A stretch of 64,000 nt of DNA from an uncultured Gemmatimonadaceae bacterium (GTDB taxonomy: Bacteria; Gemmatimonadota; Gemmatimonadetes; Gemmatimonadales; Gemmatimonadaceae): the NCBI GenBank assembly GCA_963817955.1, contig CAWFQK010000007.1:113432-177431 (forward strand). Reading direction: 5' to 3'. Positions 59,725 to 64,000 of this stretch are shown here, piece by piece. Below the pieces are notes generated by a model. That model was not told where the DNA came from. It saw only the letters and a program-made list of their open reading frames with translations, and did not search any database. Within the stretch, counting starts at the first letter, position 1. Every line of letters begins with the position of its first letter. The position numbers and the translations under genes were made by a program.

Positions 59725-61917
59725 GTGCAATTCACACCACTCGGCGATCGCCTCGCCCTCCTTCGCCAACGGTTGCAACCTAATCCCGCTGATCCACCGT
59801 CCCGGTGGATCGCTCGGCATTGGCCATGGCTGGGACTGCTGGCGATCGCTTGTGGCGGCGTCATCGCTTTCGACGCCTGGCTTGGCACGTGTGGCTTCCA
59901 ACGCTGCCCCAGCCCTGCTGAGATTCGAGCCTTCCACCCCAGCGAGGGCGGAAACGTCTTCGATCGAAACAACCGCCTCATCGGGCACCTCGAGAACATC
60001 CGCCGCGTCAACGTGCCGATCAGGGTCGTGCCCAAGCAGGTGCGCGACGCGTTCATCGCCACCGAAGACCGGCGCTTTTACGAACATAACGGGCTCGACT
60101 GGCACGGTGTGCTCCGAGCCGTTGTCCGGAACTTCAGTGCTGGCGGCATTCGCCAAGGATTCAGCACCATCACCATGCAGGTGGCGCACAACAGCTTTCT
60201 CGCCGACCGCTATCACGGCCGGTCGCTGCGACGCAAGCTGATTGAACTCCGCATTTCGCGCCTCCTGGAACGCGAGCTCACGAAGGACCAGATCCTCGAG
60301 CATTACCTCAACGTCATCTACCTTGGCAACGGGGTGAACGGCGTCCAAGCGGCAAGCCTCGACCTGTTCGGCAAGAATGTGAACCAGCTCTCGCTCTCCG
60401 AAGGCGCCTTGCTGGCCGGGCTTCCCAAGGCTCCGAGCGCGTACACGCCTCGCCGCAGCCCACAACGGGCCGTCCAGCGCCGTAACCTCGTGCTCGGCCT
60501 GATGGCGGATCAGGGCTACATCACCGACGCCCAGGCGCAGTCCGCCGAGCGGGTTCCGCTGCGTATCGCCGAGAACGAGTGGCGGCCGTCGATCACCCAG
60601 GAGCCAAGCGCGCTCGACGCTGTCCGTGCGTTCGTCGACTCCGTCACGCCGGATGTGCTGAAGGAAGGCGACGTCAACATCTACACGACGATCGACTTCG
60701 GCCTTCAGCGCTCGGCCGATCGCACTGTACTGCGGCATATTGCGCAAATCACGCGCGAGACGCAGGAGACAATGGGTCGCGTCACCGAAGACGCGCAGGG
60801 CGCGCTCGTGGCCATGGATCCGGCGACCGGCGATCTTCGCGCCGTGGTACCTGGCCGGCGCACACAACGCGGCGGATTCAATCGGGCGTTTTCGGCGCGG
60901 CGGCAGCCTGGCTCGGCGTTCAAGCCGTTCGTGTACGCGGCGGGGATTCTGGCGGGATATTCGCCGGGCCAGGAGGTGGATGACTCTCCGATCGACGTAC
61001 CGATCGGACGTACGGTCTGGCAACCGGCGAACTACAACAACGAGTACGCCGGACGCATCACGTTCGCACGCGCGCTACTCCTCTCGGCGAATGCGGCGAC
61101 GGTGCGCGTGAGCCGCGCCGTCGGCGAACAGGCGGTGATCGCCGCCGCACGCCGCAACGGAATCGTGAGTCCGCTCGATCCGGTACCGTCGATCGCGCTC
61201 GGCGCCGAGGGCGTCACGCCGCTCGAGTTGGTGACTGCCTACGCGCCGTTCGCCAATGGCGGCATGCGCGTGAAACCGCGGCTCATCACGCGCATCGAGG
61301 CGCCCGATGGCACGCTGCTGTGGAGCGACGAGACGCAACGCACACCTGCCATGGACCCGCGCGACGCATACGAGATCACTCAAATGCTGCAAGGCGTGGT
61401 GAACTATGGCACTGGGAGAACGGTGCGAGACATGGGCGTTGTCGGTCCGGTGGCCGGGAAGACGGGCACGACGAATAGCGGCAACGACGTCTGGTTCGTG
61501 GGTTACACGCCGTCGCTCGTCGCGGGCATCTGGTTCGGGTACGACACGCCCCGCCAGATCAGCACCAACGCCTCCGGTGGCCGACTGGCCGCGCCCGCTT
61601 GGGCCGAGTTCTACCAGAGCGGTTGGCGCGAGCCGCCGGGCTCGGCGTTCGCCGTTCCGGCGGGAATGGTCTCAGCAGTCGTCGATCCACAGAGTGGTGA
61701 GCTGGCCACGGACTGGTGCCCCACCAGGCAACGTGAATGGTTCAAGCCCGGCAGCGAGCCGCATGAGGATTGTCACCTCCACACGGGTCCGCCTCAGGGC
61801 CAAATCGCGATCGACGACCAGGGGAACGTGACGGTAAACTCCGGTCGCGGTCAGGACGTCGTTGGAAACGTGGGTCGGAGTATTGGAAACATTTTGCGTA
61901 AGATTATCCATTGGTAG
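59725..61917 (+). CDS. Class A penicillin-binding protein (PBP1A family)
   Basis: TM anchor, EDRRFYEH, GFSTITMQ, YLN, SAFK, SAN and KTG motifs. Confidence 0.93.
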   Translation: MQFTPLGDRLALLRQRLQPNPADPPSRWIARHWPWLGLLAIACGGVIAFDAWLGTCGFQRCPSPAEIRAFHPSEGGNVFDRNNRLIGHLENIRRVNVPIRVVPKQVRDAFIATEDRRFYEHNGLDWHGVLRAVVRNFSAGGIRQGFSTITMQVAHNSFLADRYHGRSLRRKLIELRISRLLERELTKDQILEHYLNVIYLGNGVNGVQAASLDLFGKNVNQLSLSEGALLAGLPKAPSAYTPRRSPQRAVQRRNLVLGLMADQGYITDAQAQSAERVPLRIAENEWRPSITQEPSALDAVRAFVDSVTPDVLKEGDVNIYTTIDFGLQRSADRTVLRHIAQITRETQETMGRVTEDAQGALVAMDPATGDLRAVVPGRRTQRGGFNRAFSARRQPGSAFKPFVYAAGILAGYSPGQEVDDSPIDVPIGRTVWQPANYNNEYAGRITFARALLLSANAATVRVSRAVGEQAVIAAARRNGIVSPLDPVPSIALGAEGVTPLELVTAYAPFANGGMRVKPRLITRIEAPDGTLLWSDETQRTPAMDPRDAYEITQMLQGVVNYGTGRTVRDMGVVGPVAGKTGTTNSGNDVWFVGYTPSLVAGIWFGYDTPRQISTNASGGRLAAPAWAEFYQSGWREPPGSAFAVPAGMVSAVVDPQSGELATDWCPTRQREWFKPGSEPHEDCHLHTGPPQGQIAIDDQGNVTVNSGRGQDVVGNVGRSIGNILRKIIHW

Positions 61918-61970
61918 GGATGCGAGACGACTCTTTCTTGATCCACCCTTATCCGTACCGAGGTAGTTCC

Positions 61971-62675
61971 ATGCCCAGTCGTTGCTGTTACGTCGTCGCC
62001 GTTGCGATGCTCGCGGTACTGCCGAGCCTCAGCGCGGCCCAGATGAACGAGACCACCCACGGTGTTGCCAACGGCGGCATCTCCGTGCCCGGATGGATGG
62101 GCAAGGTTGACGCACGGGAAGCAAGTGCTGGAATGACCGTGAACAGCGCGAAGTTCGCCTCAGAGGGGAAGGGCTTTCATATCACCACGGGCCCGGCAAT
62201 CACCTACTGGAATCCCGCGAACAAGGCGAGCGGCGACTACACCGTCAAGGCGACGTTCACTGAGCCGGCGTTCATGAACCTCAACGATCACGCGCATCCT
62301 TACGGCATCATGATCGCCGGCAACGACCTCGGCACCGATCGGCAGACCTACTTGTACTGTGCAGCGTATGGAACGGGCAATTTCATCGTCCGCGGCATGG
62401 GTCCGGCACCCTTCCAGATGAATGGCCGCAACGGCGCGCCGAGTCCTGCCGTGCACAAAGCGGCCGGTCCCGGCAAGCCGGTGACACAGGACATCGCGAT
62501 GTCGGTGAAGGGCGACAAGGTGAGTTGTTCAATCAACGGCACCGAGGTAGCGAGCTATTCCAAGTCCGAGCTCGTGACGGCGGGCAAGCTCAAGTCCACC
62601 GACGGCGTGTATGGCATACGGATGGCGCACAACACCGAAGCGATCGTCACCGGCTTCACGATGACGAAACCGTAA
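61971..62675 (+). CDS. Exported hypothetical protein (beta-sandwich-like)
   Basis: GAGG RBS, signal peptide ending SAA-Q and beta-rich sequence. Confidence 0.7.
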   Translation: MPSRCCYVVAVAMLAVLPSLSAAQMNETTHGVANGGISVPGWMGKVDAREASAGMTVNSAKFASEGKGFHITTGPAITYWNPANKASGDYTVKATFTEPAFMNLNDHAHPYGIMIAGNDLGTDRQTYLYCAAYGTGNFIVRGMGPAPFQMNGRNGAPSPAVHKAAGPGKPVTQDIAMSVKGDKVSCSINGTEVASYSKSELVTAGKLKSTDGVYGIRMAHNTEAIVTGFTMTKP

Positions 62676-62685
62676 CGTCCAGCGT

Positions 62686-63978
62686 CTACAAGAGTCCCAG
62701 CCATTTGGACTGATCCCCGTCGAACCCTGGGAACACGACGTCCATCTTGGCCGCGCCAAGATGCTTGAAGGCGACCTCGGAGAAGACGGACCGGAAATCC
62801 GTCGTCAGGGCGAGATCGCGGCCTTCGTTCAGCTGTTCGGGCTCGAGGCCCGGCCACCTGCCGTACACCTTCTTGCCCTTCACGCCGCCGCCAATGACGA
62901 ACATGGCGGTTGCGTGGCCATGGTCGGTACCGCCGTTGCCGTTCTGATGAGCCGTGCGGCCAAACTCCGACATCGTGAGGATCGTGACGTCCGCCATCCG
63001 GTTGCCGAGGTCCTGCGTCAACGCGGCGATCGATTTCGCAAAATCGTCGAGTCGGTTGGCGAGTTGACCGGTGGCGCCACCCTGATTGACGTGCGTATCC
63101 CAGCCGCCCACGTCGGCGAAAGCGATTTCCAGACCAACGTCGGCCTTGATGAGTTGCGCGATCTGGCGGAGGTGCTGCCCAAAGGGTGTCCTTGGGTAGT
63201 CAGCGCTGTTCTGCGGGATGTACTGTTGCGGATGTGCCGACTTGAGAATCTTCATCGCCTCGAACATCTCGCCGCCCGCGGCGTGTACCACGTCGGCGTT
63301 GCCCGTGCGATAGAGCGCCTCGATGCGGTCGGCTTGCGAACCGTCCGTGCGTATCGTGAACTCGTCGAGATTGTTCATCGCGATCGTCGGCGCGCTCCCT
63401 TCCAGGATGCGTGGCGTCTGCGGCGTCATCGCGACGGCCTTGAATGGCGATGTGGCGCCTTTGGGATCGTTGAGATGGCACTCGTCGCACGTGCCCTGTA
63501 CCGCCAGATAGCGATTGAGCCATCCGTCGCGCGTGCCCTTGTTGTCGGGTGTGCCGCTTTCCATGTAGTCCTGCGCGTCGAAATGCGAACGCGTGTTACT
63601 CGGGCTGCCCACCGCGTGCACGGGCGCCAGAATGCCGTCGTCCCACAACCGCTGGAAGGGCGCCAGTGCGGGATGCAGTCCGAAGAAACCATCGAGGTCG
63701 ATCGCCGTTTGCGGCGACCCGCCAGGCGTCGGCCGTGGAACGGCGATCGTCGGCCGCATCTGGTAGTACGCTTTTTCGGCGTACGGCACCACGACGTTGA
63801 GCGCGTCAGCCGCGCCGCGTTGGAAGAGGACGAGGAGCACCTTGCCACGGCCATTGCCGTTCAGCGCGGCGCCGTTCAGCAGATCCTGCGCGAATACGGT
63901 TCTCCGCAGGAATGTGGGGCTCAGTCCCATCGTTGCCAGCGCCATGGCGCCGGACTTCATGAACACTCGGCGATTCAT
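62686..63978 (-). CDS. DUF1501 family Tat-exported protein
   Basis: MNRRVFMK, FQRGAADALN, RSHFDAQ, GGWDTH, SEFGRT and GTDHG. Confidence 0.9.
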   Translation of the reverse strand: MNRRVFMKSGAMALATMGLSPTFLRRTVFAQDLLNGAALNGNGRGKVLLVLFQRGAADALNVVVPYAEKAYYQMRPTIAVPRPTPGGSPQTAIDLDGFFGLHPALAPFQRLWDDGILAPVHAVGSPSNTRSHFDAQDYMESGTPDNKGTRDGWLNRYLAVQGTCDECHLNDPKGATSPFKAVAMTPQTPRILEGSAPTIAMNNLDEFTIRTDGSQADRIEALYRTGNADVVHAAGGEMFEAMKILKSAHPQQYIPQNSADYPRTPFGQHLRQIAQLIKADVGLEIAFADVGGWDTHVNQGGATGQLANRLDDFAKSIAALTQDLGNRMADVTILTMSEFGRTAHQNGNGGTDHGHATAMFVIGGGVKGKKVYGRWPGLEPEQLNEGRDLALTTDFRSVFSEVAFKHLGAAKMDVVFPGFDGDQSKWLGLL

Positions 63979-64000
63979 ATGTCCTGCTCCGTGTCTTGCG

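Noticed and set aside
58757..61023. Long ORFs 58757..60241 (+) and 59584..61023 (-)
   Set aside because: Shadow or alternative frames over the deacetylase and PBP1A genes; no motifs.

Overview
GC-rich bacterial chromosomal window with about 50 CDSs. Gene content and protein style suggest Gemmatimonadota (inference, not a search result). Most genes are housekeeping or envelope functions: an amidase, osmC, mscS, recQ-like helicase, msrPQ, a THUMP RNA methyltransferase, sucA, a BMP/ABC nucleoside-type transporter, nadB-nadA-nadC, an RNB nuclease, zwf-gnd, an M20 peptidase, PBP1A and DUF1501. There is also a dense signal-transduction block at 13.8-21.2 kb and a second one at 28.5-31.2 kb. I found no rRNA, tRNA, CRISPR array, transposase or integrase. 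The unusual signals are: (1) two unrelated families of intergenic elements with the same design, short tandem-repeat arrays (11-mer or 7-mer) in inverted orientation around a ~200-bp non-coding core, each with a second partial copy in the window; (2) a ~27-unit, indel-free 21-bp array next to a structured-RNA candidate; (3) a signalling cassette that appears streamlined, with a collapsed poly-HAMP kinase, a 39-codon cheR remnant and an intact cheB; (4) an orphan lipoprotein with an internal signal-peptidase-like site followed by a symmetric Cys-bonded, Ala-rich helical hairpin; (5) an unannotated 37-aa membrane protein between a PIG-L deacetylase and a Na+/solute symporter. All product calls come from motif recognition by eye.
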